From: Octopus vulgaris
Taxonomy: Eukaryota
Reading direction: 5' to 3'
Assembly (NCBI GenBank): GCA_951406725.2
Contig: OX597832.1
Location: 58,218,001 to 58,282,000 of the forward strand
Length of the DNA stretch: 64,000 bases
In this document: in pieces, positions 12,910 to 26,844 of the stretch
How the letters are laid out: the number at the start of each line of letters is the position of its first letter
How positions within the stretch are numbered: the first letter of the stretch is position 1
Notes under the pieces: generated by a model
Told to the model about the DNA's origin: nothing
The model's database searches: none
Seen by the model: only the letters and a program-made list of their open reading frames with translations
Translations under genes and position numbers: made by a program

Positions 12910-12979
12910 ATACACAACACGCTCACACAAACATACACACATACATACACAAACAAATATACGATTTTACCTGTTATCT

Positions 12980-13420
12980 ATTAACTGTCTCAGTCAATTA
13001 GACTGCGGCCAAGCTGGGGCACCACCTTGAAATATTATTAGTCTTATGAATTGGCTCCAGTTCTTATGTAGACCTGTAAATATTCCATCGGTATCTTTTG
13101 CCGAACTGCTACGTTATAGGGAGGTAAACACACCAACACCGGTCGTTGAAGCGGTAACGAGGAAGAAATACTGGCACAAAAGAACACACGCGCACATACG
13201 TATATGCACACTCACACATACATGCACTCACCCACACACATACGCATACATATATATGTATACGGCGGGTTTCTTTCAGTTTTCTACCAAATCCACTCAA
13301 AAGGCTTTAGTCGGTCGGACGCTACAGTAGAATAATCTTGCTCCGTGTCATGCTGTGTGACTGAACCCGGAACCATGGGGTTGGGAAGCAAACTACTTAC
13401 CACACTGCCACGCCTACGTT
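12980..13420 (-). mobile_element. SINE type B
   Basis: GACTGCGGCCAAGCTGG..GACTGAACCCGGAACCATG..CTTACCACAC. Confidence 0.85.
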
Positions 13421-13440
13421 CTCTATCTACCTCTATCCGT

Positions 13441-13473
<33 letters not shown>

Positions 13474-13499
13474 ATCTATCTAATTTTTTATTTTTATTA

Positions 13500-13952
<453 letters not shown>

Positions 13953-14370
13953 CCTAGCTCTGGAATTAAACCCACGGCATTATGATCGTGAATCGAGTAC
14001 TCACAAACCTTTAGGCCACGCGCATTCTCCTGTAATCTATCATATACAGTAAAATCAGTGGAGCAGTGGATGTCCTGAGATCAAATATTATTAAAAAAAT
14101 TATAATGCAATAATTTATTAATTTTATATTAGAAAACGAAATCACACGTAATGAAACGTAAAACAACCTCTGTAATAAATAACATATATATTAAAATTGT
14201 GCCTGACACAGCGAAAGTCTTTTATACTTTATATTATCAAAGCTATATTTTATGTGGTAAAACCTTGTTATAATTTAAATAATAAAGCAATATTTCATGG
14301 CGAAAACTGAGAAGAATTTATGTTTTTTTAGAAAACAATATTTTACATAGGAAAACTAACTTTAAAAATA

Positions 14371-15286
14371 TTGTGTTGCGTCGAAAGTTTTGCAATATGT
14401 TTATCAGTAATTTGCTTTGTTCGTCAGTTTTACAACAAAAGCCGGCTAGCATTGACAGTCGTGGCCATCATGTTGCACTATCGAAAGCCATCTTTCTGCT
14501 AGTTCTTTTATTCCATGCTGACACCAGTTCTTGTTCTTCGAGTCGAAGAACTCTTTCAGTGAAGCTTCCAGTTCCTCGTGATTGATGACGTATCACAAAC
14601 GCAGGAAGGGAGCTATGAATGAGAACAAGTAATAATCCGTGGAGGCTGGGTCCGGACTAGGTGCTGGGTGTGGTATCAGTTCGATTCCTTCAGGTTCCTG
14701 GAGTTTTTCCCTGGTCGATCGAGAGGCATGAAGTCTCGTGTTGTTTTGCTAGAGAAGAGTTGGCTTTCTGTTAACCAATTCTGGGTATTTTTACCGCAGG
14801 ATATAATACATCCATTCTAGCAGTTCAGAGTACAGGTTGGCATCGCTGCTTCGACCATCCGCAACAAACGCGTAGGGAGTTATCCCTGCATAATCCTACT
14901 GAATGCAGAGCATCATCATGTGTACGAAACGCCCAGATTTGGCGACAGGTTCTGAAAGCTGGCCCTTGGCTTAACCACTGCTTATGCACCTTAGGAATGC
15001 CCGAAAAATATCCTCCCCGGATTATTACATGCTCTAATCCATGGCTCAATTCCTGCACTCACAACGCTTCATCAACAAAGAGAAAGCGGGAGCTTCAATG
15101 AAGGAATTCTCCGCCTTGAAGGAGAAGAACTTGTATCAGCATGGAATCAAAGAACTGGCAGAAAGGTGGCTTCAGATGGTGCAACCTGATGGCCTCTACT
15201 TTCAATGCTAGACTGCTTTTGTTGTAAACTTGAATAAATTAGTAAATAAATTATGAAAATATTGCAAACCTCTTGATTCAACTCAA
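14371..15286 (-). mobile_element. Decayed mariner derivative made of two inverted 3' ends
   Basis: Minus strand gives QNNTRLH..TREKLQE..IELIPHPAPSPDPASTDY (decayed HDNARPH/HPPYSPDLAPSDY) and QHGIKELAERW; plus strand 15060-15210 repeats QHGIKELAERWLQMVQPDGLYF*. TIR-like ends at 14371 (after TA) and 15286. Confidence 0.85.
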
Positions 15287-15363
15287 AAATTCCATAGTAA
15301 AACCAGAGTCTCCGTTGGGAAACGCAATATAGGTCAGATTATTATTATTATTGTTGTTGTTGT

Positions 15364-15960
15364 TAAGGCGGCGAGCTGGAAGAATTGTTGGCACGCCGGG
15401 CGAAATACTGCCAAGTATTTCGTCCATCGCTACGTTCTGAGTTCAAATTCCGCTTAGTTGCACTTTGCCTGTCATCCGTTCGGGGTCGATTAAATAAGTA
15501 CCAGTTACGCACTGGGATCGATGTAATCGACTTAATCCACTCTTTCAAGCTCCGCTTGTGGCAAAGTTTAAAGGCGGCGAGCTGGCAGAAACATTAGCAC
15601 GCCGGGCGAAATGCGTAGCCGTATTTCGTCTGCCGTTACGCTCTGAGTTCAAATTACGCTGAGGTCGACTTTGCCTTTCATCCTTTCGAAAGTACCAGTT
15701 ACGCACTGGGGTCGATATAATCGACTTAATCCGTTTGTCTGTCCTTGTTTGTCCTCTCTATGTTTAGCCCCTTGTGAGTAATAAAGAAACAGGTATTCCG
15801 TCTGCCGCTACGTTCTGAGTTCAAATTCCGCCGACGTCGACTTTGTCTTTCTTCCCTTCAGGGTCGATAAATTAAGTACCAGTGAAACAGTGGGGTCGAT
15901 ATAAACGAATGGTCCCCTCCCCCAAAATTTCATGCTTTGTGCTTTTAATAGAAAGGGTTA
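15364..15960 (+). mobile_element. SINE type A monomer (15364-15545) followed by a type A dimer (15570-15960)
   Basis: Two AAGGCGGCGAGCTGG heads; internal junction AAAGAAACAG|GTATTCCGTCTGCC at ~15791. Confidence 0.9.
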
Positions 15961-16039
15961 TCATTATTACTGTTATTGTCAGCAATACTATCACCCCCAG
16001 GGCATTACTGTCTTCAATCCTGGGACTCACAAGTCCGAG

Positions 16040-16262
16040 TATCCCGTTTCCATTGCTTATAGATGACCAGGATCAAATCATTTATTCCTTGAACGAGACA
16101 CCAGTCCGTGGTAATGATACTTATTTGCAGCTGAATGGACTGAAGCGTTTTTGATCAACAACACAAGGCAACGCCTGGTCTGGTCTGGTCTGGTCCGGGA
16201 ATCGAAATCACAATCTTGCTATCGCGAGCACAACACCATTAACTACTTGGCCAGCCGGCTTC
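16040..16262 (-). mobile_element. Degenerate SINE, type D-like
   Basis: CAGCTGAATGGACTGAAGC..CCGGGAATCGAAATCACAATCTT..TAACTACT. Confidence 0.65.
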
Positions 16263-16424
16263 GTAACTTATATAATAAAACATCAATGTAGATGCTACAA
16301 TGCTTTTTTGTTTTTTGTTTTTGCCCTTTAGTTCTTTTCTCTTTTCTCTTTTGGTCACCTTTAAGAGTAGTCTGGTTTTAGATTGCAGATTGACAGCGGC
16401 TGACACTTCACTATCTGTCAGCGA

Positions 16425-16494
<70 letters not shown>

Positions 16495-16826
16495 GCTGCT
16501 CTGGTGTTCTTTCTTGCTTCCCTGCCAGAGTCGAGTCGATAGCTGACCATATCTAATTCGATGTCGCTACTATCATTCGATCACTTCATTGCTTGTCACG
16601 AAAATGTCTATTTGTCTTTAGCTAAAAATAATTACACGAGGACACTGATAAAGGAATTTGAGTGAGTGTCCAGACCTAACCAACCCAGTCACCATTCCAT
16701 CTTCCTTCTTCCCTCTTCCCTCTTCCCTCTTCTCTCCATCTCTCTCTCTCTCTCTCTCATTCTCCATCTTTTGCGCCACGAGCACACAGAAACACACATA
16801 TACATACATATATATACATATATATA

Positions 16827-16918
<92 letters not shown>

Positions 16919-17591
16919 TATACTTATATATGCATACATATATATATATATTGCTTAGTAATGGCCAACTTTCTATCGTTTTCCGCTTCTCTTCTCTCTC
17001 CTCTCTCTCCCTCTCCCTCTCCCTCTTCCTCTCCCACATGATTCAATCTCGTCTAAACCACGCCCGCCATTTGATTTCTTCAAATATCCTATTTATATGA
17101 CAAGCCGGCTCATAGCTGAAATTTTAGATAAAATGATATATTAGAACGTATGTCAGTTTTCAATGACCTTTGCTCTCCTGCAAAAGTTATTATTCTGTTA
17201 TCTTCTTCAGAGTCTTCGAGAGATAACAACTAGAGAACTACAACCGACCAACTTTCAATTACTAATAACAATTGCACTATCTCCCTTATACACAACGTAT
17301 TTGTTCTGATGAAGACGAATAGACAGACATAAGCTCAGCCAGAGCGATTGCATGTATTTATAAACGTAAATTGGATGCAATCAAAACATACAATATAGGC
17401 AAATATAATTCATATTTTTCATTACAGTTAAATCATTATGTATGAATGAATTTTTCAAAATGAGACAATCACATGTTTTGTGATTAATTGCCCATGTCTT
17501 TATGATGATCTATGCAGTATACACATCACACACGCGTGCGGGCGTGTACATATATATATATGTATATATATACATATATATATATATATGC

Positions 17592-17660
<69 letters not shown>

Positions 17661-17703
17661 CTCACACACACATATATATATATATATGTGTGTATGTGTG
17701 TAA

Positions 17704-18037
17704 AGGCGCATGACTCAGTGGTTGGAGCGTCGAGCTTACGATCGTGAGGTTGTGAGCTCGAATCCCGAACAGGGCTGCCTGTTGTGTTCTTGAGCAAAAC
17801 ACTTTATTTCACGTTGCTCCAGTTCACTCGGCTGTAAAAATGAGTTGCGATGTCAAAGGTGCCAAACTGCATCGGCCGTTGCCTTTCCCTAGGATAACAC
17901 TGGTGGCGTGGAAAGGGGAGGCCGGTATCCATGGGTGACTACTGGTCTTCCATAAACAACCTTGCCCGGACTTGTGCCTGGGAGGGTATCTTTCTAGGTG
18001 CAATCGCATGGTCTGTGCCGTGACCGAAGGGGGTCTC
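17704..18037 (+). mobile_element. SINE type D (tRNA-like head, CORE-like segment) with tail Z
   Basis: GGCGCATGACTCAGTGGTTGGAGCG..GAGCTCGAATCCC, TTGAGCAAAACACTTTATTTCAC; close paralogue at 21379. Confidence 0.9.
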
Positions 18038-18081
18038 AGAATGTATGTATGTATGTATGTATGTATGTATGTATGTATAAA

Positions 18082-18505
18082 TTCTTTTATTCTTTTACTT
18101 GTTTTGGTCATTTGACTGCGGCCATGCAGGAGCACCGTCTTTACTCGAACAAATCGACGCCAGGACTTATTCTTTGTCAGCTTAGTACTTATCCTGTCGG
18201 TCTCTATTGCTTAACCGCTAAGTTACGGGGGACGTAAACACACCAGCATCGGTTGTCAAGCGATTTGTGGGGGGGGGGGGGCAAACACAGACACACAAAC
18301 ATATGCATGCACACACATACACATATGTATATATGTATATACGATGGACTTCTTTCAGTTTCCGTTTACTAAATCCTCTTACAAGGCTTTGGTCAGTCCG
18401 AGGTTATAGTAGAAGACACTTGCCGAAGGTGCTACGCAGTGGGACTGAACCCAGAACCATGAGGATGGTAAGCAAGATACTTATCGCACTGCCACTCCTG
18501 CGCAT
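18082..18505 (-). mobile_element. SINE type B, full length
   Basis: Reverse-complement match over head, body and tail. Confidence 0.9.
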
Positions 18506-19621
18506 ATATATACATATATGTATACGTGTGTGTATATGTATGTATATATGTATGTGTATACGCATTAGTGTTTCATTTTGCACGGATATGTACACACTCA
18601 CAGAGGTACTATATCAGGTGATAGGGAAGACCTTATACTCATTAAGTCAAATGCCTGTGTGTGTCCACCTGTGCATGTGTGTGCGTGTGCGTGTGTGTGC
18701 GCGTGTGTGTGCGCGTGTGTATGTGTGTGTGTGTGTTCAAGCGTGTGTGTGCATACCTGTGCTTATATATGCCTATATTCTTATAACAATGATGCTTATG
18801 TAAGTATATCTCTATATGTAATCGAACGACTGCATGATTTCTCTCTTTCCGTCCCTCCTGCCCCCCCCCCTGAATAGCTGATACTTCCCAACCACTTTTA
18901 GGTCAACCATCATTCTCAAGTAATAAAACAAATGTAACTCGCACCATCCGATGCTGATATTGTGCCGAGATCATGTGGCAATTTTTTTTTTCATGTAAAA
19001 TATGATCCGATATTTCTAAAATCATAAGGTTTATGCAATGCACTTGTACAAGTGAAGGAGAGTGATTTTGTTCTTCAACCAATTCAGCTTTGACTAAACG
19101 AACTTAAAACCAAAGATATTCAGCCATGTTCATCTGGTCTATTTAGGAATTTACATGTCTAATGTGATATGCTCTGTTTGAGACATTCTGTTTCAGTTGA
19201 GAGAAATTTGGCTGTTATTTCTAGCAGCTGGTATTTCAATCTCTTTAAGAGATTGAAGTAATGATCTATAAAGTGCAAGACGGAGAAAGAGAAAGAAAAC
19301 GTGTAAGAGAAAGGAAGAGAGCGAGAGAGAGAGAGAGAGAGAGGGGGGGAGAGAATGTGTGTGTGTGTGTGTGTGTGTGTATCGGTCAAAAAAAGAAAGA
19401 ATGAAAGAAATATAGAGTGAATGAAAGAGACAGAAATAGAGCTGTTTTCTGGCAGACGACCGTATCGTCTGGTTTGGCTGTTATATTGCTATATGATATT
19501 ATTGTCCACCACATTATGCGATGCAAATATACGTCGGTTGTTTTCTGTATTCAAAAAAAGAAAAGAAAAGAAAAGAAAAATTCGGACGGCCACAGAATCT
19601 GATGGAAATGGCTGTTAAATA

Positions 19622-19744
<123 letters not shown>

Positions 19745-19798
19745 TTATTTATCTGTCTATCTCTGTCTGTCTGTCCCTCTATCTATTTATAAAATAAT

Positions 19799-19839
<41 letters not shown>

Positions 19840-19840
<1 letters not shown>

Positions 19841-19992
19841 CTATTATATAAACTCCATTCTGTCTGTCTTCTGTGTGTGTCATTTAGGATCTTGAGCATC
19901 ATCCATCCGATTGTGCTCAAATTTGATATGTAAATACCGACGATATCAGGGCGTGTATAAGTCTTGAAAAAATTACAAAAATCGATTCCAGA
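19840..19992 (+). mobile_element. Probable 5' end of a non-autonomous Helitron
   Basis: A|TCTATTATATAAA start, TGTC microsatellite, CCGATTGTGCTCAAATTTG; the 3' end was not found. Confidence 0.5.
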
Positions 19993-20369
19993 ATGCATGC
20001 ATCGTTTTTGTCCTGCGTTTCTTCTCTCAGCCTGCACCTTCCATTTTTTTTGTTGTTTTTGTACTGCTTAAAGGCACGTTTCTTTCCTGCCAAGCTTACT
20101 ATTTAAGTTTGTGTTCTCCCAGTCAACAGCCTTATCATTACTGGTACTTTAAATTCTTCGGTTGCATATTTGTGTGAATAAAATCGTTTTCCTTTGGAAC
20201 AGAAAAAAAGAATCTATCTTTATTTCTTCTTTTACTGATGTCTCAAATTTAGGTTAAATCAGTGTTTCTCAAAAGGGAGGCCTGTGGGACGGTCAGACAA
20301 GTTGTTATGAGAAAATTTGGTTTAAATGTTTGACAATTCAGCACCGTCCATTGGAGGGGGGGGTTGCTC

Positions 20370-20409
<40 letters not shown>

Positions 20410-20410
20410 T

Positions 20411-20775
20411 TTTCTTATCTTTTTTCAGTCTTTTGACTGCGGCCATGCTGGAGCATCGCCTTTAGTCGAGCAAATCGACCCCAGAACTTATTCTTTGTAA
20501 ACCTAGTACAGCATCGGTTGTCAAGCAATATTGGGGGTGGGGTTGGGCAAACACAGACACACAAACATACACACACATGCATGCATACACGCACACACAC
20601 ACACGCATATATATATATATGATGGGCTTCTTTCAGTTTACGTCAACGAAATCCACTCACAAGGCTTTGGTCAGCCCGGTGCAATAATAGAAGACACTTG
20701 CCCGAGATGCCACGAACACGAACCCGAAACCATGTGGTTGGTAAGCAAGTTTCTTACCACACACACCCGCATACC
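20411..20775 (-). mobile_element. SINE type B (internally deleted)
   Basis: Reverse-complement match to type B. Confidence 0.88.
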
Positions 20776-20882
20776 TATCACGTTGAAAGCACCGGTTCTC
20801 GTCCGATCACTGAACTTAAGCAGCGTTGAGCCTAGTGAGTACTTAGATGGGTGACCGCTTGGGAAACCTAGGTGCTGTAAGC
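20776..20882 (+). pseudogene. 5S rRNA pseudogene, ~11 nt missing at the 5' end
   Basis: TATCACGTTGAAAGCACCGGTTCTCGTCCGATCAC..GTACTTAGATGGGTGACCGCTTGGGAA..GTGCTGTAAGC matches metazoan 5S. Apparent substitutions in box A (GAACTTAAGC) and box C (TTAGATGGG); no T-run terminator. Confidence 0.93.
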
Positions 20883-20896
20883 GCCTCACAAGTCAC

Positions 20897-21052
20897 ACGT
20901 GGCTGTGTGGTAAGTAGCTTGCTTACCAACCACATGATTCCAGGATCAGTCTCACTGTGTAGCACATTCGGCAATTGTCTTCTACTATAGCCTTGGGCCG
21001 ACCAAAGCCTTGTGAGTGGATTTGGTAGACGGAAACTGGAAGAAGCTCGTCG

Positions 21053-21092
<40 letters not shown>

Positions 21093-21310
21093 CGTATGTA
21101 TATGTTTGTGTGTCTGTGTTTATACCCCCAACTTCACTTGGCGACCGATGCTGGTGTTTTTACGTCTCCCATAACCTGGCGGTTCGGCAAAAGAAACCGA
21201 TAGAATAAGTACTAGGCTTACAAAGAAGGAGTCTTGGGGTCGAATTGTTCGACTAAAAGCGGTGCTCCAGCATGGCCGCAGTCATATGACTGAAATAAGT
21301 AAAAGAACAA
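20897..21310 (+). mobile_element. SINE type B, full length
   Basis: GTGGCTGTGTGGTAAGTAGCTTGCTTACC head through to the GCATGGCCGCAGTC tail. Confidence 0.92.
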
Positions 21311-21317
21311 GAAAATA

Positions 21318-21368
<51 letters not shown>

Positions 21369-21378
21369 GTACATATAT

Positions 21379-21715
21379 AGGCGCATGGCTCAGTGGTTAG
21401 AGCGCCGAGCTTACGATCGTGAGGTTGTGAGCTCGAATCCCGGACCGGGCTGAGTGTTGTGTTCTTGAGCAAGACCCTTTATTTCACGTTGCTCCAGTTC
21501 ACTCATCTGTAGAAATGTGTTGCGACGTCACAGGTGCCAAGCTTTATCGGCCCCTTTGCCTTTCCCTCAGATAACACTGGTGGCGTGGAGAGGGGAGGCT
21601 GGTATGCATGGGTGACTGCTGGTCCTCCATAAACAACTTTGCCCGAACTTGTGCCAGGGAGGGTAACTTTCTAAGCGCAATCCCATGGTCTGTGTCGTGA
21701 CCGAAGGGGGTCTCT
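21379..21715 (+). mobile_element. SINE type D with tail Z
   Basis: Paralogue of 17704-18037. Confidence 0.9.
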
Positions 21716-21944
21716 TACATATATATATGTCGACAAAATCTTAGAACGCCGTCTACGGCGTGCTGTTTTTCGTAGCACATACAAGCAAACACTCAGAAAT
21801 ACTTTCTGGACATCATAAATTTGTATTAAATTTATCAAACATTATTTGTATCTGATGCAGTAAAAACCAGGTTATATCGTTACATCTGGGGTAAAATACA
21901 TGCTCAGGCAAATTCAGACATACGTCTATTAGAGCACCACATTG

Positions 21945-22108
21945 CAGGCTTTAGTCGAACAAACAGATCTCAGTACATGTTTCTATCGGTTTCTTTGTTC
22001 CCGTCTGCTATTTGATGGGGGCGCATACAAACCAACAACGGTTGTCAGGCGGTGATGAGGAACAAACACATACACAAAGACATACACACACACACATACA
22101 TACCGCAC

Positions 22109-22176
<68 letters not shown>

Positions 22177-22558
22177 TATATATATATATATATAGGGAGA
22201 GTTTACGAAAAAAACAAAAGACGAAGACAGGTGGTGTACAAAACAAACAGATGTATTAGTATAACACCCAGGAATAAATAAGTCTTTTACGTTTCGAGCC
22301 TATGCTCTTCTACAGAAAAAAACAAGGAGAGAAAAATATGTGTGTAGTGGCTAACGATCTATCATGGCGTCATGTATATATATATATATATATGCATACA
22401 CGATGGACTTCTTTCAGTTTCCATCTACGAAATCCACTCACAGGGCTTTGGTCAGTCCGGGGCTAAAGCAGAAGACACTAGCTCAAGTCGTCACATAGCG
22501 GGACAGAACCCGGAACCATGTGTTTCGGAAGCAAACGTTTTACCACGCAGCCACGTCT
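21945..22558 (-). mobile_element. SINE type B interrupted inside its (TA)n by another repeat
   Basis: Type B tail half at 21945-22100 and head half at 22395-22558. Confidence 0.8.
22194..22371 (-). mobile_element. Probable PLE terminal fragment with a hammerhead-like motif (same family as 8418-8590)
   Basis: Reverse strand reads CTGTAGAAGAGCATAGGCTCGAAACGTAAAAG; flanked by (TA)n on both sides. Confidence 0.65.
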
Positions 22559-23294
22559 GTATATACATAGAAATATATATACATATATATATATACTCAT
22601 ACCAATGTATTTATATATATATTATATATGTTCATACATACATGTATCCACATATATTATTATACATATATACACACACATATATATATACGTGTATGTA
22701 TATGTATGTATATTGTGTGTGCATAAGTGTCTTGAGTGTATGCTTGTCTCTGTGTGTGTATGTTTAAATAAACTACGGATGTACACGTAATGGTCTAATG
22801 GAAGGGAGTTGCTTACGTGAATGAAAATCTCATGTTACCTCGTTATTCACGCTACATTAACTCCTCCGACTAAAGCCACTCGCCACCACCACCACCACCT
22901 CTAGCTCTACACTAACTACTACTACACTATTTAATAAACTGACGCAATATCATTGTTTTCTAACATAAGCGAAGTGCCATCGATATTGAAGGCGCGATGA
23001 TGTCGATAAACAGAGGCGCTGCTACTTAACACGTTCGTATAATTATCGCCATAGAATAACTGAATGTGGTCTTTAATAGTCATGTTCTGAGTGGTGTTGG
23101 TTGGAGGGTGGAAAAATCCGTGAAACAAACTCAGCAGATGACTGGGGTTCGTTTCGTCGATTGACCCCTGATAAATGAAAAATCAAAGTCGATCATGGTA
23201 ATATTCGAACCCCGGAAATAAGGGATTAATTCGTTTATGTCTGTCAGTGGCTTTGCTCTACTACTCATAAGGCTGGAGAATTCTGTTTCCGTGG

Positions 23295-23525
23295 CGTAGA
23301 AGTGACCGTGATCACAATACGCCCCAACCTCCTCGACAGGGCGCTAGTCTGTCGCCGGGGTTAACTTCCTCATCCATTGCCGGAACTCATTTCACAGCTG
23401 AGTGAACTAAAACATCTTGAAGTGAAGTGTTTGGTTTCAGAACACAACGCACCATCCAGTTTGGGAATCGAAATCGCGATGCTACAATCGTGAGTTTAAC
23501 AATCTAGGCACTAGGTCACGCAAGA
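23295..23525 (-). mobile_element. Degenerate SINE, type D-like
   Basis: CAGCTGAGTGAACT..GAACACAACGC..GGGAATCGAAATCGCGAT. Confidence 0.65.
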
Positions 23526-23528
23526 AAG

Positions 23529-23578
<50 letters not shown>

Positions 23579-24039
23579 ACACAAGTAAGTGCAGGATAGA
23601 TTTATGTGTAGATACATACAGGAAAGATGCATACACAGATACCATAAGTCATTTCTTTTGGTTCTCTACTGATTTTAACAAACGACAAATGTATTTGTTT
23701 TTGCATAATTTGATCAACAGAAATTTCGTTTTATATTTGTATTATTTATATCATAAGGCAGAATCGTGAGCAAAATGTTTAGCAGCAGATCGTACCATAC
23801 CGTCCATCTTTAGTTTCAGCAGATCGTCCATCTTTAGTGGTATTTATTTCTGAGTTTGTGCTATGCTTTGTGGTATATCTTCCGGTTTTACGCTTTGAAT
23901 CCAAATGCCACCGGGACCGAATTTGCTTTTCATTATTTCGGGGTCGATAAAATCAAGTACCAGTTCTACATTGAAACCAATGAAATCAATTGGTTCGTTC
24001 TCACCCCAACTATTTTCAGGTGTTGTACCAATAGTAGGT

Positions 24040-24330
24040 GGAGGCATATGGCCTAGTGGTTAGAGCAGCGGATTCGCAGTCGAGGGATCGCGGGTTCGAA
24101 TTTCAGATGTGTGTGTTTATGAGCGAAACACCTAAGTCCACACGGCTCCGGCAGAAGGTAATGGCGAACTTCTGCTGACTCTTTCGCCACAACTTTCTGT
24201 TACTCTTTCCTCCAGCATCTTGCAGTACACCTGCGACGGACCGGCGTCCCGTCCAGGTGGGGAACCTATACGCCAAGGAAACCGGGAAACCGGCCTTTAT
24301 GGGCCAGGCGTGGCTCGGAAAGGAACAAGC
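24040..24330 (+). mobile_element. SINE type C with tail Y, nested in a degenerate type A copy
   Basis: GGAGGCATATGGCCTAGTGGTTAGAGCAGCGG..GGGTTCGAAT; tail CTGCGACGGACCGGCGTCCCGTCCAGG; imperfect flanking duplication GTACCAATAGTAG/GTACCTATAGTAG. Confidence 0.85.
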
Positions 24331-24356
24331 AAGTACCTATAGTAGAAAAACTATTT

Positions 24357-24562
24357 AACGCGGCGAGCTGGCAGAGTCAGTAGCGCATCGGAGAAAATGC
24401 TAAACGACATTTCTCCCGGCTATATGTTCTGAATTCAAATTCCACCGAGGCCGAATTTGTCCTTCATCCTTTCGAGGTCGAAATAAGTACCAGCTGAGTA
24501 TTGGGGTCGATTTAATTGACTCGCCACTTAACTCAAAATTACTGTCGTTGTGTCAAAAATTG
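24357..24562 (+). mobile_element. SINE type A
   Basis: GCGGCGAGCTGGCAGA..TTCAAATTCCACCGAGG..CATCCTTTCGAGGTCG. Confidence 0.85.
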
Positions 24563-24863
24563 AATATCATTATTATTACTATTTTCAATAATTTTGCTGT
24601 TGTTATTGTTCGTATTACTAATACCAGTTTATTTATTTCAAATATGTGTGTATATGTGTGTGTGAGTAGTAGCAGAACAATAATCAGCAATCTATATTAT
24701 GTATGTATATCTCTAAAAATCTACATTTATTCAATAGAATTTCATAGAAAGTAGACTGTATTACTGCTTTCAAAAGATAATAAATAATACTATTCTGAAA
24801 GGGAATAAGATTTTTCAACACCTCTTTACGATAAATTTTGTTATTTTCATCTATACTGCTTTT

Positions 24864-25313
<450 letters not shown>

Positions 25314-25839
25314 GTTACTATTTTCAATTTCCTTCTAGTTTAAGTCTTCTTTCCTCTATCTAACTTACAAATGAATGTATCTGATTGCTATGAAGTAATT
25401 CAGGTTGTTAGCTATTATTGATGATATTTTCATCATTTTAATGTCGCTATTTCGATAAATAAATTAGACAATAAAGAACAAAAATATTGCTGCAGTTATT
25501 TTGTAATTACTGGAAGAGCCGTCGTTACACGAAACTACCGCACATACACATGCATAGAAAAAAGGAACGGTGCTGCGTTGTTTGTGGTTAGATTTAATAT
25601 AAAGTGCCCCAATCTAAGCATAGACTCAATTTAGGTTATAATTTAATTTTCGTGAGAAATAGTCTCCATTATATTTCAATACATATGACTGTCATACATT
25701 TGTGGGTGTGCAATAGTCAATGTATGGTGGAATATAGGACACCGTTTTAGAAATGTTATTCTCGGAAGGTTATCACAGCTCTTTTACGAAAATCGCACCC
25801 TTAGGATATTAACAACATTTTCTTGAAATGCTTACCATA

Positions 25840-25888
<49 letters not shown>

Positions 25889-26324
25889 GATGATGATGAT
25901 GATGATAATAATAATAATAATGATGGTGATGGTGATGACGATGACGATGACGATGATTCTGTTGATAAAAAAGTTACAAATATTAACAGAAGGGAAAAAA
26001 AACTATATTTTTAAAAATATTTTCCCTCTGACATAGACAAAGTATATCAATGCAGATACATTACGTATGTGTGTTACATAAATACCAGAAGCTGCGGTTG
26101 TCTTTCGAGAAAAAAAACGAAACAAAATCCGGTTAAAGACGTATGGTGGTGCAGAAAAAAAAACAACACAATATACTTCAGAACTTGGCGAAACGAAATC
26201 GCCAGAGAAGTGATCACGTGAGCCACAGACATTGTATTTCGCCGTAGGTGCAGGTTATCAATGTCACATCCTGGTGTCGTTTCTGAAAAAATCTCGAAAT
26301 TGTTAGACCGAAGTATCTACAGTG

Positions 26325-26730
26325 AGTGCGGGTGTGACTGTATGGTAAGTAACTTGCTTACCAACCACACGGTTCCGGGTTCAGTCCCACTGCGTGGCAC
26401 CGTGGGCAAGTGTCTTCTATTTATAGCCTCGGGTCGACCAAAGACTTGTGAATGGATTTGGTAGACGGAAAACTGAAAGTAGCTCGTCGTATATATATAT
26501 ATATATGTATGTATGTGTGTGTATATGTTTGTGTGTCTGTGTTTGTCCCCCCAACATCGGTTGACAACCGATGCTGGTGTGTTTACGTCCCCGCAACTTA
26601 GCCGTTCGGCAAAAGAGACCGATAGAATAAGTACTAGGCTTACAAAGAATAAGTCCTGGGGTCGATTTGCTCGACTAAAGGCAGTGCTCCAGCATGGCCA
26701 CTGTCAAATGACTGAAAAAGTAAAAGAGTA
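26325..26730 (+). mobile_element. SINE type B, full length
   Basis: Matches the family consensus over its whole length. Confidence 0.92.
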
Positions 26731-26844
26731 AATTATTTGTTGATTTGCAAAAGCTTGTGGCCTTTAAACAGTTCTCATACGGAAAGTATGTGTCAATGTT
26801 GTTATTGTAGCTAGTTTTTTTAAAAAATAAAACAAAAAGAAGCT

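Noticed and set aside
22931-23170. 80-codon minus-strand terminal exon
   Set aside because: The apparent acceptor lies in a SINE A remnant and the peptide has no recognisable features.
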